This document shows positions 29,398 through 40,474 of a stretch of 64,000 bases of DNA, piece after piece. The notes under the pieces are model-generated. The model saw only the letters and a list, made by a program, of their open reading frames with translations. It searched no databases and was not told the origin of the DNA. The DNA is from an uncultured cyanobacterium. GTDB taxonomy: Bacteria > Cyanobacteriota > Cyanobacteriia > Cyanobacteriales > Geitlerinemataceae. The first letter of the stretch is position 1, and each line of letters begins with the position of its first letter. The translations under genes and the position numbers were made by a program. The stretch lies in the NCBI GenBank assembly GCA_963838375.1, contig CAWIQY010000021.1, positions 308,955-372,954 of the forward strand, given 5' to 3'.

Positions 29398-29972
29398 CAA
29401 CTCCGTTGAAACTTAACCTTCGTCCATCCCACAAACCGTCTCCACAACGATCGGACTACTTTTCGCTGAACGAGCATATGTAAAATAATCACACATAAAA
29501 AGGTATACGAGAACCAAAAATGTAGATTTCTACCTAAATTCACCAATTCTGAGTTTTGCGGAAAAAGATCCGGCAACAAAATTCCAAACAAATGAACGTT
29601 ATTACTTTTAAACGAGTTGGAGAAAAAGAAACCCGTCACTGGAACCACCCACATAAATACATAGAGCGTCGTATGCAATGCCACTGCTTGATACCACTTT
29701 TTAGTCCGCTTAGGCATTCGTTTAATGTACTTACGCCACCACACTCGCAAAAGGACTAAAATTCTCCAGGTTAAAAGTCCGAGAACTAAGGCACCCATAG
29801 ACTTGTGGAAGTCGTAGAGAGGATTGCGAATTACAACTTCGCGGGGTAATCGTGCCATCACCGGCCCCGTGGTAAATAGAACCAAGTAGCCGACTGACAT
29901 CACCCAGTGAAGGGACATCAAGTGTTTGAAAGCAGAATTGAGTCGGGGACGGGTTGTTGGCGATGTACTCAT
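29397..29972 (-). CDS. Cytochrome b561-family membrane protein
   Basis: 191 aa with four predicted TM helices and conserved His residues in the CybB-like arrangement (HWVMSVGYLVL..., ...LHTTLY..., ...ILHML). Confidence 0.65.
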   Translation of the reverse strand: MSTSPTTRPRLNSAFKHLMSLHWVMSVGYLVLFTTGPVMARLPREVVIRNPLYDFHKSMGALVLGLLTWRILVLLRVWWRKYIKRMPKRTKKWYQAVALHTTLYVFMWVVPVTGFFFSNSFKSNNVHLFGILLPDLFPQNSELVNLGRNLHFWFSYTFLCVIILHMLVQRKVVRSLWRRFVGWTKVKFQRS

Positions 29973-30162
29973 ACCCTATATGCAATAATTAACTCTGCAT
30001 CGTTAATACTATAGAATTCTATTATAGAACCCACGTCAGTCGATTGCCACTGGCTGAAATTTTGACCTGAAATTAGGTAAATTGGGGCAGTTGTAGGTTT
30101 AGAGACTGTTATTGCATCTTGCGTCAGCTCACGACCCAACGATCGACCATTCTTGGGTTAGG

Positions 30163-30519
30163 CTAGAAGGAACTTGGAGCGTGCTCGAAGCCTTGAACTT
30201 TTGCCAGTTGGTACAGCGCATTGGCTCGCGAGCGATCGTCACTTTTGATGAGTGTTGCCAGGTTATTGGAAGCTAAACCATGTCCTCGATCGCTAGCGAG
30301 AGTATACCACTTTTCGGCTTCGGGTTCGTTCGGTTCGGTGCTTCCCAAACCGAGGTGATAGATCGAACCGACTAAACATTGAGCTTCTGCGTTACCATCT
30401 TCCGCCAATGTTAGGAGTAGTTGCAAAGCACGATCGTACTCTCCGGTATCGTATGCAGTTTGGGCAGTTGTTAAGATTGAAGCCATTTTTGATTCTGTAC
30501 AATGCGGAGAAAATCTCAA
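30163..30519 (-). CDS. Sel1-like repeat protein
   Basis: 118 aa with Sel1 signatures (AQCLVGSIYHLGLG, EAEKWYTLASDRGHGLASNNLA). Confidence 0.6.
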   Translation of the reverse strand: MRFSPHCTESKMASILTTAQTAYDTGEYDRALQLLLTLAEDGNAEAQCLVGSIYHLGLGSTEPNEPEAEKWYTLASDRGHGLASNNLATLIKSDDRSRANALYQLAKVQGFEHAPSSF

Positions 30520-30776
30520 AACATCTGAGGAGCTTGGCGATCGTCTCTAAGACGAAAACACCGTGTTGACCTAACATTATTCTAGGTTAACACGGTGAAA
30601 AAATAAACAGTTTCGATCGGAATTTTTGAATCAGAAGTGTCGCCCCGAAACCCGATCGATCCAGGAAATTATGCCGAGTCGTTTTCAGTAAAAATGAACA
30701 CAAATCTCCGGGCGATAATATCAATAAGAAGCCCCGATCGATCGGGTAAGAAATTCGCCATCAATAATCGACACTT

Positions 30777-32875
30777 CTAGGTTTTGGCTGACTCATTCGG
30801 TGAGCCGTCCTGTGGATTCCGTTTTGAATTCGGCAATGCTTGCGGCAGGGGAGGCGGTGGTGGAACGTTAGCGGCAGGTTTGCGTTTAGATTTGGGATTG
30901 GGAGATTTGACAGCTTCGCTGAGCGTTTCCAGGGATTCTGGAATTTTGCCGCCATTGCTGCGGATGGATTGCGTCAGCTTGCCCAACAGCGACTCGAGTT
31001 TTCCTTCTTCCAACAGCGCCGTCATCAGCGTCAAGCCGCTGGTGGAAAGCATCAGTTTGGTAATATCTTGCGTGCCGCTTGTTCCGTTGCCGTTCGCACC
31101 GGGAAACGCATAAATTTTGGCATCTCCCAAAACGCCAGGTTGTGGGGCTAAAGCTGCCACGACTTCCGGTAGTTTCTCAATGAATTGAGGGCCAGTTCGG
31201 TAATGACGTGGGCGATGCGGTTGGCGTCGCTGATAGCATTTTCGGCAACAACTTTGGCTTCAATCCCCTCAGCTTCCGCTAAATCTTTATCGCGATTGGC
31301 AGCAGCAAGGGTACGAATGGATTCGGCTTCCAAATCCGCTGCTTGGCGGGCGATTTCCGCTTGTCGCTTGCGTCGGAATACGTCAATTTCGATGACGTTT
31401 TGGTCGATGATGCGCTGGCGTTGTGCATCTTGTTCGGCAACGATAATCGAGAGACGTTGTTGGCGTTCGGCTTGTTCGAGTTCGGTGGCGGTAACAACTG
31501 CCGATTCGGCTTTGGCGCGTTCGGCTTCGGCAATTAAGCGTTCTCGTTCTTTTTGGGCAATGGCAATGGCGGCTTCTTGCTGGGCAATCTGAGACAGTTG
31601 TTCGGATTCGGCAATTTCAACTTGAGATTTGAGGCGGTTCGATTCGATCGTTTTTTGGCGAGTGATTTCCGCCATTTCCGCTTCTTGTTTTTGCAGCGCT
31701 TGAGCAACTTTGAGTTTTTTCTGCTGTTCTTCTAGGGTGATATCGGCGATGATTTGACTTTGTTGGACGGAGAGTTTTTTGCGAATTTCTTCCTCTTCAA
31801 CAGCTTTGAGTTGCAAGATTTTATTGCGCTGTTGATTGGCCGCTTCTTTATCTTGAGATTCCTGAATTTCTCGGGCGCGTTGCGCTCGCAGAGATTGAAC
31901 CTCTAACTGTTGGGCGAGTTCTGCGTCTTCTTTTTGTTTCTCGATATCTAAGGATTGTTTGCGGGCGTTGAGTTCTTTTTGTTCGATTTCAACTTGGGTA
32001 GCCAGGGCAATTTCCCGGCGTTCTTTTTCGGTGATCAGTTCGACTTCTTCTTTTTGTTTGATCGATCGTTGAATGGTCTCGGTACGAAGTTTCACCCCTT
32101 GGGTATCGAAGAAGTTATTGCTGTCATAGGTGTTGCTTTCTTCAATTTCGGAAATCGCAATATTGTTCAGCGTCAGACCAATTTTTTTGAGATCGGGTTC
32201 GATGAGATTCAAGACTTCTTGAGCAAAGCCCAATTTATCGGAATCAATATCTGCAAGCTTCTTGCTTTTGGCGGCAGCCCGAATGGCATCATCTGCCCGT
32301 TTTTCAATGGCATTCTTAATGTCTTCAACGGTAATTTTACCATTTTGGGATAAACGCTCGGTTGCTGTTTTGATATCTTCATCCACTGCGTTGATGCAGA
32401 CAAAAAATGTCACTCGCATATCGGCTCTCAAGTAGTCTTGGGTGCGAACGGCGAGTTTTCCGGTGCGTTCGACATCGATCGAGATTTCTTTGAGAGGAAC
32501 GCGAGTCAGACGATCGAAAACAGGAAGCACCAAACAACCACCATGTTTGATCACCGTACGCTGCTTGCGAATTACACCACCCGTTTTGACAAAGGCTTCG
32601 TTGGCGGGAGTGACTTGATACAGACGAGAATAGACGATCGTTCCCAGCAGTAACAGAAAAATAATTCCGGCAAAAACTCCAGCAAAGACTGTTAAACTTC
32701 CCCCAATTAAACCGAGGGTTGGTTGTGTGGGTTTGCTGGGGAAATTGGGGAAATAAATATTAGCATCGATCGTTTCGATCGCCCTCGGATTCGATTCGAG
32801 TTCCGGGAGATCGATCGTCGGTAAAGATTGCAAAAAAGTTAACCAAAATAGCATTGTTGTTAAGACAATAAACAA
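30777..32875 (-). CDS. Flotillin-like SPFH/band-7 protein (YqiK/FloT type), with an apparent frameshift near 31148-31170 separating the last ~127 codons
   Basis: The 575-aa frame (31148-32875) has an N-terminal TM, an SPFH domain and a long Glu/Ala/Gln coiled coil. The next frame (30777-31160) begins ...KLPEVVAALAPQPGVLGDAKIYAFPGANGNG, the canonical flotillin C-terminal lPelaeal...G-rich tail. Confidence 0.8.
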
Positions 32876-33023
32876 CTGAAAGAAGATTAACGGTAAGACG
32901 AGTTAATCGTTACCGGGGCAACCACAGGGGGATTGCCCCTACGTTAATTCCACGAATCATGTGAAAACACGATCGCGCCTCGAAGGGAAAAAATTTAGAT
33001 CGCGATCGCGCTGCGAACTCTGG

Positions 33024-33779
33024 CTAACTGCGATCGCCGGACAATTGGGAATAGGGGGAGTTTTCCAGCCACCGATCGGAATCCGGACTCTCTTTGGCAA
33101 TGACGAGGTACGCTTGGGGAAGACGATCGATGACAAGAGCCCGATCTCTGCGTTGGGGAATCACCGTTGCCCAGTCCGGCAGTGTCGCAGAGATCGTCAC
33201 GCGGTTGCCATCCGCATCCACCACGTCTACCTGACCGATGCGGTGCTTGGGAATGTCTGCCGAGGATACTTTTCCCAAACACCCGATCAACCGTCCGGCG
33301 CTGGCATCTTCGCCGAAGGAAGCAAACAGTTGACCGATAGGTCGGGCAATCCAACGCCCCAGAAATAAACCCAAGACGATCGCCAACAGCGATATTGCCC
33401 CCGCCCAACCGAAAATTTGACTGGGAATTTTGCCAAGGCTTTCTCCGATAATGACATTCAGCATCCAACCGAAAAACCCGATCAGGCTGAAGTCGATCGC
33501 CAGCAATAATAGCAGGGGAACTTGACCGAACCCCAACCATCCCAAAACTTTCAGCGGGCTAAACTGCCCTTGTACGTCCGCGTCTAAATCGGCGTCCGCA
33601 TCCACATCCACATCTGCGTCCACATCGATATCTTCGTCTCCCCCACCGCTAGCGATCGCTAACAAGAAGAGAGCAATCCCCATACTCAAAAAGATCCAGT
33701 AGGGCAAGTTGGAAAGATCGAAGAGCATGAGTTGGTTGTTGGCAAATCCAACGCCATCGATATTCTCTAGGATAGTCAC
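33024..33779 (-). CDS. NfeD-family membrane protein (flotillin-associated), upstream of the flotillin gene
   Basis: 251 aa with multiple TM helices, an acidic DVDADVDVDADADLDADV loop and a C-terminal OB-fold-like segment. NfeD-flotillin gene pairing is conserved. Confidence 0.7.
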   Translation of the reverse strand: MTILENIDGVGFANNQLMLFDLSNLPYWIFLSMGIALFLLAIASGGGDEDIDVDADVDVDADADLDADVQGQFSPLKVLGWLGFGQVPLLLLLAIDFSLIGFFGWMLNVIIGESLGKIPSQIFGWAGAISLLAIVLGLFLGRWIARPIGQLFASFGEDASAGRLIGCLGKVSSADIPKHRIGQVDVVDADGNRVTISATLPDWATVIPQRRDRALVIDRLPQAYLVIAKESPDSDRWLENSPYSQLSGDRS

Positions 33780-33819
33780 CTTACAATAGAAGAAGGGAAA
33801 ACAAACACAAAACTTTATT

Positions 33820-34218
33820 TTGGGTATGAAGTTAAAACGACTGGGACACGTAGCGATTTGCGTCGAAAATCTCGATCGCGCGGCAGAATTCTATCAAAAT
33901 CTAGGGATGGATCTGGTTTGGAAAGATGCAGACTGGGCGTATCTCAAAGCCGGAGAAGACGGACTGGCGCTGCTGAGTCCCCAGTATGCACAAGCCGGAC
34001 CCCACTTCGGTTTTCTATTCGACGATCGTTCTGAAATAGAAGCGGCTTACGATCGACTCAAACAAGAGGAAATTCACCTCACCCCCATTCACGAACACCG
34101 AGACGGAACCGCATCGTTTTACGGTCGCGATCCCGATGGCAATTGGTTTGAATACCTCTACGAACCCATCTTGAATAAGAGTTCAGAAGTCCAGGAACTC
34201 AGAAGTTCGGCAGTTTAG
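33820..34218 (+). CDS. VOC/glyoxalase-bleomycin resistance family protein
   Basis: 132 aa. The N-terminus LKRLGHVAICVENLDRAAEFYQNLGM is typical of the vicinal oxygen chelate fold. Confidence 0.7.
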   Translation: MGMKLKRLGHVAICVENLDRAAEFYQNLGMDLVWKDADWAYLKAGEDGLALLSPQYAQAGPHFGFLFDDRSEIEAAYDRLKQEEIHLTPIHEHRDGTASFYGRDPDGNWFEYLYEPILNKSSEVQELRSSAV

Positions 34219-34307
34219 GAACTCAGGAGTTTAGCTTTCTCCATTGAAGCCTTGGGGATGGAGCTAACTGCTAATTGCTAACCGCTTATTGCTAGTTATA
34301 CACATTC

Positions 34308-35390
34308 ATGACTGTTGCCTACGCTGATGCTTTTTCTCCAGACTATCTCACCGCGCGGTATCGTTTCCGAGAGGCAGCAACCACCTTGGGAGCAAAACTG
34401 GAAGCGCATCCCATCGACCTTTGCGCCCCCAACGGTGAACCCCTGACCATCGAGGCGGCGATCCTGGGTTCTGCCAACCCCCAACACGTGACGATCGTTT
34501 CTAGTGGCTTGCATGGCGTTGAAGGGTTTTTCGGATCGGCGCTGCAATTGGCTTGGATGAAACGAGAGTTGCAAATGCCAACGCTGCCAGACCATACAAC
34601 TCTGGTGTTACTCCACGCCTTGAACCCCTACGGATTCGCTTGGCGGCGTCGGTGTAACGAAGACAATGCCGATCTCAATCGTAACTTTCTGCTACCGGGA
34701 GAAAAATTTACAGGCAGTCCTCAACGCTACGCCGGGTTCGATCGCTTTTTCAATCCCCCATCTCCCCCTTCGCAACCAGAACCTTTTCGCCTCAAAGCGA
34801 TCGCCCTCTTGCTGCGTTACGGACTCACCGCCTTGAAAGAAACGCTTCCTGTGGGACAATACGACTTCCCCAAAGGACTTTTTTTTGGCGGCAATTCCCC
34901 CTCTAAAACCCAGAACATTCTCGCCGCCAATCTTGGGCGTTGGAAGGGCAATGTCGATCGAGTCCTACACCTGGATTTGCACACCGGATTGGGAAAGCGC
35001 GGCACGTACAAGCTGCTGCTGGGACAGTCTACCCCCCCAGAACGGGTACAGGAGTTGACCCAGAAATTTGGCGCGGATGTAGTGGAAATCTCCCAACCGG
35101 GCGGCACATCCTACCGAACGCGGGGCAGTTTGGGCGCCTGGTGTCGATCGACCTTTTCCCCCAACCGCTACGACTTCGTACTTGCCGAATTTGGGACATA
35201 TCCGATGTTAACGGTGTTGGAAGCGTTGCGGGCGGAAAACCGCGCCCACTGGTGGACAAAACCGGATTCGGCAGTGTGGGAACGATCGAAGCAGCGTTTG
35301 GTGGAAGCCTTTGCCCCAACCGATGTAAGTTGGCGCGAAACCGCGATCGCGCGGGGGTTAGAGTTGATCGATCGAGTGTGGTCAGATTAG
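34308..35390 (+). CDS. DUF2817 / M14-like zinc carboxypeptidase-related protein
   Basis: 360 aa. SGLHGVEG and HTGLGK contexts are compatible with the M14/succinylglutamate-desuccinylase-like fold. Confidence 0.5.
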   Translation: MTVAYADAFSPDYLTARYRFREAATTLGAKLEAHPIDLCAPNGEPLTIEAAILGSANPQHVTIVSSGLHGVEGFFGSALQLAWMKRELQMPTLPDHTTLVLLHALNPYGFAWRRRCNEDNADLNRNFLLPGEKFTGSPQRYAGFDRFFNPPSPPSQPEPFRLKAIALLLRYGLTALKETLPVGQYDFPKGLFFGGNSPSKTQNILAANLGRWKGNVDRVLHLDLHTGLGKRGTYKLLLGQSTPPERVQELTQKFGADVVEISQPGGTSYRTRGSLGAWCRSTFSPNRYDFVLAEFGTYPMLTVLEALRAENRAHWWTKPDSAVWERSKQRLVEAFAPTDVSWRETAIARGLELIDRVWSD

Positions 35391-35490
35391 GGTGTATTGC
35401 GCGATCGTCAAAATCTGGTGTAGGGGAGAAGCATTGGGGCAATAAATTCCAATGCTTCTCCCTTCTTCGTTTCGGCAGTTTGAAAACACG

Positions 35491-37077
35491 CTAATCCCAT
35501 CCCATGGCAAATAAGCTAGCATCCACATAGTTAATTCGTACCATGGGAGCGATCGCCTCTAGGATCGCCGATCCGTAGCTGCGGTGGATGACCCGCGTAT
35601 CCAACAGCGCCACCACCCCCCGATCGGTACGCACAGGAGCGATCGCCCGTTGCAGTTGAGCCAGTGCCATCGGCAACAAATACAACCGGAACCAATCTTG
35701 GCGTTGCTGTTTGTAATAGGCAACTTGTCCGGCAACGCGGGGATTTTCCAAAGACGGAAGCGGTAAAGTGGCGATCGCCAACAACCGAGGCGGCGGCAAT
35801 TGACCCTGATATTGCCGCCAAAATTCCCAACCCGCCACCAAAATTCCATTATCTGCCAACTCGGTCTGTTCCACCCGTACCCGAGAACCGAACTGGGCTG
35901 CCAGTACCGAACCGACGATCGCCTTCAGTGGTGTATCCCCCACCAAAATCACAGTCAGAGAACGAACAACGGGTGCAGATAACGTACTCACCCGAATCAA
36001 GGTATGCAGTTCCCGAATCAGTGCCTCCTGAAATTGAGGGGTATTCGGCAGAGGCAAACGATCGGGTAGATACAGATGGATCGACTCATTTTGACGATCG
36101 GGTAAAAACTTGATACAGGTGAGATCCGGCAAACCCACCCGCTGGCGATAGATGGTTGCCTTAGCATCGAGATCCAACGCACCGCCGATGAGAACGATCG
36201 GTTGTTGCTGCCAAACCGGATGCAAAATCGAGGCGACATTCGCCGGACAAGCATACAAAACAAATTTCCCCCCAGCGCGATCGAGTTCCACCCAGGTTAG
36301 AGCGTTATCGCCGTCAAAACAGTCCCAGAATTCAGACCAAGACAGGGGAAGTTGGGGGAAGTTGGAGGAGTCCCGCAGGATGGAGTAGAACTTCTGGAGA
36401 ATCTTTTGTTCGGTCGCATCCAGTAAGTAACAATCGTAAGGATTTGCCGGATGTTGAAATGCCGTTTTGGTGAGGTTTACCCGCACATCGCGAATGGCAT
36501 CCGATCGATCGGGGAAAGTTTGCATCAGTGACTCCCAATCCCCAGAACCCAGCTTCACGGTTAACAGTTCCCGAGTCCAACGTTCCAAATCGTCCGCACC
36601 GTCGAAAATAGTCGGGATTCCGGCTGGAAACCGATCGCCGCCACCCAGTCGGTCTGCCAGCCACACCAGGGGGGACACCAACAACAATCCATTAAACCCC
36701 GTCTCGAAGCGATCTCCGGCTGCCACCGATTTACCGAAATTTCCCCACGCCTGCAACTTGGGAATTTCCACCTCCAGCAAATTCCGGTGCAACGACTCGG
36801 GAACCAGTAACAGTGCCGGATTTGGGCTCATCAGCAACGGGATGAGATAGCTCAACCGATACCGTCCGTCCGACTCCGCAAACGATCCCGTCTGAATCAG
36901 CGCACTGCGTCCCAATCGCAACCCACGCGCCACCAACCGTCCCATCGTCAAATGATGGGGCGAAACCGGTTCGCCGGATGAGACTCTTTTGGAGTCGCTT
37001 TGCGATCGCAAAAACGATCGTAGCCAATTGTGGACTTCTACCTCCATATCGGTTAAAGCTGATGAAGGACTAGCCAC
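35491..37077 (-). CDS. DinG/Rad3-family helicase-like protein with a degenerate Walker A (probable pseudo-helicase)
   Basis: 528 aa. The C-terminal motif GVVALLDTRVIHRSYGSAILEAIAP resembles DinG motif VI. The N-terminal ALIQTGSFAESDGRYRLSYLIP occupies the place of the Walker A / YLLP region but lacks GKT/GKS. Confidence 0.5.
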   Translation of the reverse strand: MASPSSALTDMEVEVHNWLRSFLRSQSDSKRVSSGEPVSPHHLTMGRLVARGLRLGRSALIQTGSFAESDGRYRLSYLIPLLMSPNPALLLVPESLHRNLLEVEIPKLQAWGNFGKSVAAGDRFETGFNGLLLVSPLVWLADRLGGGDRFPAGIPTIFDGADDLERWTRELLTVKLGSGDWESLMQTFPDRSDAIRDVRVNLTKTAFQHPANPYDCYLLDATEQKILQKFYSILRDSSNFPQLPLSWSEFWDCFDGDNALTWVELDRAGGKFVLYACPANVASILHPVWQQQPIVLIGGALDLDAKATIYRQRVGLPDLTCIKFLPDRQNESIHLYLPDRLPLPNTPQFQEALIRELHTLIRVSTLSAPVVRSLTVILVGDTPLKAIVGSVLAAQFGSRVRVEQTELADNGILVAGWEFWRQYQGQLPPPRLLAIATLPLPSLENPRVAGQVAYYKQQRQDWFRLYLLPMALAQLQRAIAPVRTDRGVVALLDTRVIHRSYGSAILEAIAPMVRINYVDASLFAMGWD

Positions 37078-37085
37078 TAACCACT

Positions 37086-38693
37086 TTACTCCCGATTGCC
37101 CACTCCTTCTCCCATATCGGCAGTTGAAAGACCTTCATCGAGGGAATAAAACCCTTGGATAAACTCCAAAGCCATCCCTTGTGGCGGCAAAACCATCGTC
37201 TTCGATTTAGGAGAACTGGCATCCGGCGTTGTCGCCATTCCCGAGCTATTGAGATAGCGTTTTCCAAATAGGGGATTGTGATAGAGACTTAAGTGATGAG
37301 CGCTAGAATTGGTCATTACAATATGTGTAGGAGCGCTAAAAAATTCCGATTCGGCTCCCGTTTGGGAAGAAAGCGGGGGTCGATCGATCGTGCTAACTCT
37401 TCTCATTTTTTTCAGCAGCGAGACACTAAGTTTGGCAACTCTATGAGCCTCTTTCACCCCTAAAGTCTCTGACCCTTTAGCTTGAATAAACTTGAGCACA
37501 GAGATGGCGATTTTTTGGGTGGGTTCGGCATCTGCAAACGGCACGATTGCCACGTAAGCAGTGGGAAATAACAACTCATCTGTCTCGACCTTAAACGACA
37601 GCGTCGTCCGCCGATATCCAACTTCAATACTCGGCACAAGACCGAGTTCCGGGTATTGTTTGGAGATCTGATAGTAGGTTTCGGCTAGGGCAAAATTTGC
37701 GGCTTGACTCAACGGACGATCGATCGTAATCCGCACGATGGGGTGAATTTGATTGAAAAACTTCTGAAAGTCTTCGGGCGTAAAGCGGCAAACCCGGCTG
37801 TAATCTCCATGAGGACTTAGATCGAGCCAATCGCAGCTCATCCCTTCAGTTCTGAGGTTGAAACGGGAAACGCCGTGCAACTTCGCCCCAGTTAAAATCG
37901 CGCCGCTGAGATCGGCACCTTCGAGATGAACCCACATTAAATTTGCTTGGGTGAGATCGGCGTGAACCAAGCTGGTATTGAGCAGATTGGCATGGCTTAG
38001 GTTAGCGCCAATCAAGTTCGTCCCGCTCAATTTGGCATCGCTCAAATCGGCCCAGCGCAAATCCGCCCCACTCAAATCCGCCCAGCGCAAGTTTGCCCCC
38101 TGTAGGTTCGCCCCCTGTAGGTTCGCTCGATGCAAATTGGCGTGTCGCAGTTCTGCATCCCGAAGTTCGACCCCACTCAAATCCGCTTTACTCAAATCCG
38201 TGCCATTTAAGTTCGCTTCGGTCAAATTGGCTTCGACCAGAGATGCTCCTCTTGCATCGGCTTCGCTGAGATTCGCTCCGCCCAGATTGGCACGATCGAG
38301 TTTGGACTCGCGCAAATCCGCACCATTCAAATTGGCTTCGCCCAGGTTGGCACGTGTCAGATTCGTTCGGATCATCTCGGCACGAATCAGTGCCGTTTGA
38401 ACCAGTTCGGCTTCCGTTAAATTGGCTCGAATCAGATTTGCCACATTCAACAAAGCCCCATTTAAATTAGCATTCATCAAACTCGCATCGCTCAGTCGAG
38501 CAACATTCAGTTTGGCATAACTGAGGTTAGCTCCATTGAGGTTGGAACCGCTCAAATTGGCAATGCTGAGGATGGCACGACTGAAGTTAGCATGACATAA
38601 ATGCACTCGACTTAAGTTAGCTTCTGTCAGGTTAATCCCTGAAAAGTCTCGCTCTCCCGCAGTATATTTTTCTAATAGTTCCCGAACGCTCAT
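37086..38693 (-). CDS. Pentapeptide-repeat protein (paralogue 1) with a ~230-aa non-repeat C-terminal domain
   Basis: 535 aa. About 250 aa are uninterrupted A(D/N)LxxANLxx pentapeptide repeats, followed by GVSRFNLRTEGMSCDWLDLSP... A paralogous domain is found in 38893-40446. Confidence 0.9.
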   Translation of the reverse strand: MSVRELLEKYTAGERDFSGINLTEANLSRVHLCHANFSRAILSIANLSGSNLNGANLSYAKLNVARLSDASLMNANLNGALLNVANLIRANLTEAELVQTALIRAEMIRTNLTRANLGEANLNGADLRESKLDRANLGGANLSEADARGASLVEANLTEANLNGTDLSKADLSGVELRDAELRHANLHRANLQGANLQGANLRWADLSGADLRWADLSDAKLSGTNLIGANLSHANLLNTSLVHADLTQANLMWVHLEGADLSGAILTGAKLHGVSRFNLRTEGMSCDWLDLSPHGDYSRVCRFTPEDFQKFFNQIHPIVRITIDRPLSQAANFALAETYYQISKQYPELGLVPSIEVGYRRTTLSFKVETDELLFPTAYVAIVPFADAEPTQKIAISVLKFIQAKGSETLGVKEAHRVAKLSVSLLKKMRRVSTIDRPPLSSQTGAESEFFSAPTHIVMTNSSAHHLSLYHNPLFGKRYLNSSGMATTPDASSPKSKTMVLPPQGMALEFIQGFYSLDEGLSTADMGEGVGNRE

Positions 38694-38892
38694 AAAATTA
38701 ACCTATCAAACCCTGAAATGTGTGACAACTCAGTCGGCTAGGAGAAACTCGCCTTTTGGCAGGAGAGCGATCGCACCCAAGAATCGAACCCATGAGTGTT
38801 ATTTTACGCGATCGGTAGCTGGGCATTGCGACACAAACGATCGAAGATTTGTGTCGCCCTGGGTTACGAGATCATTCAACGAATAGTCTCAT

Positions 38893-40446
38893 TTAAGAAC
38901 ACAAGCTGACAAAACTCAATATCTCGTCGGAAACTGAGGTAGAGGTTGAGAGTATTTGGGGTTTAATCCAAGTTTCTCTCGAAGACAATTCCTCACTACC
39001 TTGGAGGTCATTTTTAGTTTCTTCCCGGCGATCGACTTCTAACACTTGATTATTTGAATTGATTAAAGTCACAAAAATAGGAGACTTGAAAAACTTATCG
39101 TTTCGGCGAAGTATCGATGGCAGAATTTTATTCTTTTGAATTTTATGCTCTACTTGAATGGCAATGTTTAAATATTTTTCAATTCTTCTGATATGTTTGA
39201 ATCGACTGGTTTGAAGATTTGCGGATGATTGAATTTGTAACGATCGTACTAAATTCAGGAGATTTTGTTGGGCAATTTTAGCATCTTGAAAAGGCAAGAT
39301 CGCCATCCAGGCAACCGCAAATAATTTTAGGTCGTTTTCGAGACGAAAAGTAAAAATCGTACGGCGATCGCGGGTCTCGATGCTGGGACTCGTGCGCAAA
39401 TCGGGGTAGCATCGCGCAATTTGATAATACGCCATGGCGATCGACATATGAGCCGCCGGATCGAGTGCCCGTTCGATGGTAATCCGTACTGTCGGCGGAG
39501 TCGTATTGAAAAACCGCCCAACCTCTTCAAACTTCAACCCGTGAATTTGCGAATCATCTCCTTCGGGACTGAGATCCACCCAGTCGCAGCGAATTCCCTC
39601 GCTTTTGAGACCGAACCGGGACACACCGTGCAGTTTGGCTCCCGTCAGCGTAGCGCCCGACAAATCTGCCCCCATCCAATCGGCTCGAATCAGATTGGCT
39701 CCCGTCAAATCGGCATAAACCAGACTGGTATCGAGTAAGTTCGCACCACCGAGCTGAGCACCCGAGAGGTTAGCACCGCTCAATTTCGCACCGTTTAAAT
39801 TTGCCCCGGTTAAATCCGCCCCGGTTAAATCCGCCCATCGCAGATTCGCCCCGCGCAAGTCCGCATCCACTAATTTCGCGCCGCATAAATTCACCTGTTT
39901 CAGTTCGGCTTTGCACAGGTTCGCGCCACTCAAATCTGCTTGCTGGAGATTCGCCAGTCTCAATGTCGCCCGTTCTAGATTGGCACTGACCAAGTTGGAG
40001 AGAGAGAGATCCGCCTCGCCCAAATTTGCCCCCCGAAAATTCGTACCAATCAGCTTTGCCTCTCTCAAAATCGCGTTACCCAAATTGGTATCGCTGAGAT
40101 CGGCATTGCTCAAATCCGATCGCATCATTTCGGCACGAACCAGCGCCGCTTCTGTGAGAATTGCCCCGCGCAAGTCCGCCAGGGTCAGGTTTGCGACGTT
40201 CAAATCGGCTTTGCTTAAATTGGCACCGCGCAAGTTCGTGCCGTTGAGTTTGGCAACGTTGAGTCGAGCGCCACTCAAATTAGCACCGCTCAAATTGGCA
40301 CCGCTCAAATTAGCCACGATCAAACTCGCCTCGCTCAAGTTGATATTGCGGAGGTTTGCTTGGCTGAGATTGGCTTCGCTGAGGTTCACCTGGGAAAACG
40401 ATCGTTCTCCGGCAAGATATCGCTGTAACAGTTCTTCAGTTTTCAT
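38893..40446 (-). CDS. Pentapeptide-repeat protein (paralogue 2) with a related C-terminal domain
   Basis: 517 aa with the same architecture. The C-terminal domain GVSRFGLKSEGIRCDWVDLSPEGDDSQ... is roughly 45% identical by eye to paralogue 1. Confidence 0.9.
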   Translation of the reverse strand: MKTEELLQRYLAGERSFSQVNLSEANLSQANLRNINLSEASLIVANLSGANLSGANLSGARLNVAKLNGTNLRGANLSKADLNVANLTLADLRGAILTEAALVRAEMMRSDLSNADLSDTNLGNAILREAKLIGTNFRGANLGEADLSLSNLVSANLERATLRLANLQQADLSGANLCKAELKQVNLCGAKLVDADLRGANLRWADLTGADLTGANLNGAKLSGANLSGAQLGGANLLDTSLVYADLTGANLIRADWMGADLSGATLTGAKLHGVSRFGLKSEGIRCDWVDLSPEGDDSQIHGLKFEEVGRFFNTTPPTVRITIERALDPAAHMSIAMAYYQIARCYPDLRTSPSIETRDRRTIFTFRLENDLKLFAVAWMAILPFQDAKIAQQNLLNLVRSLQIQSSANLQTSRFKHIRRIEKYLNIAIQVEHKIQKNKILPSILRRNDKFFKSPIFVTLINSNNQVLEVDRREETKNDLQGSEELSSRETWIKPQILSTSTSVSDEILSFVSLCS

Positions 40447-40474
40447 CCGGCGATTGCGTAGGAGTGCACCTTGT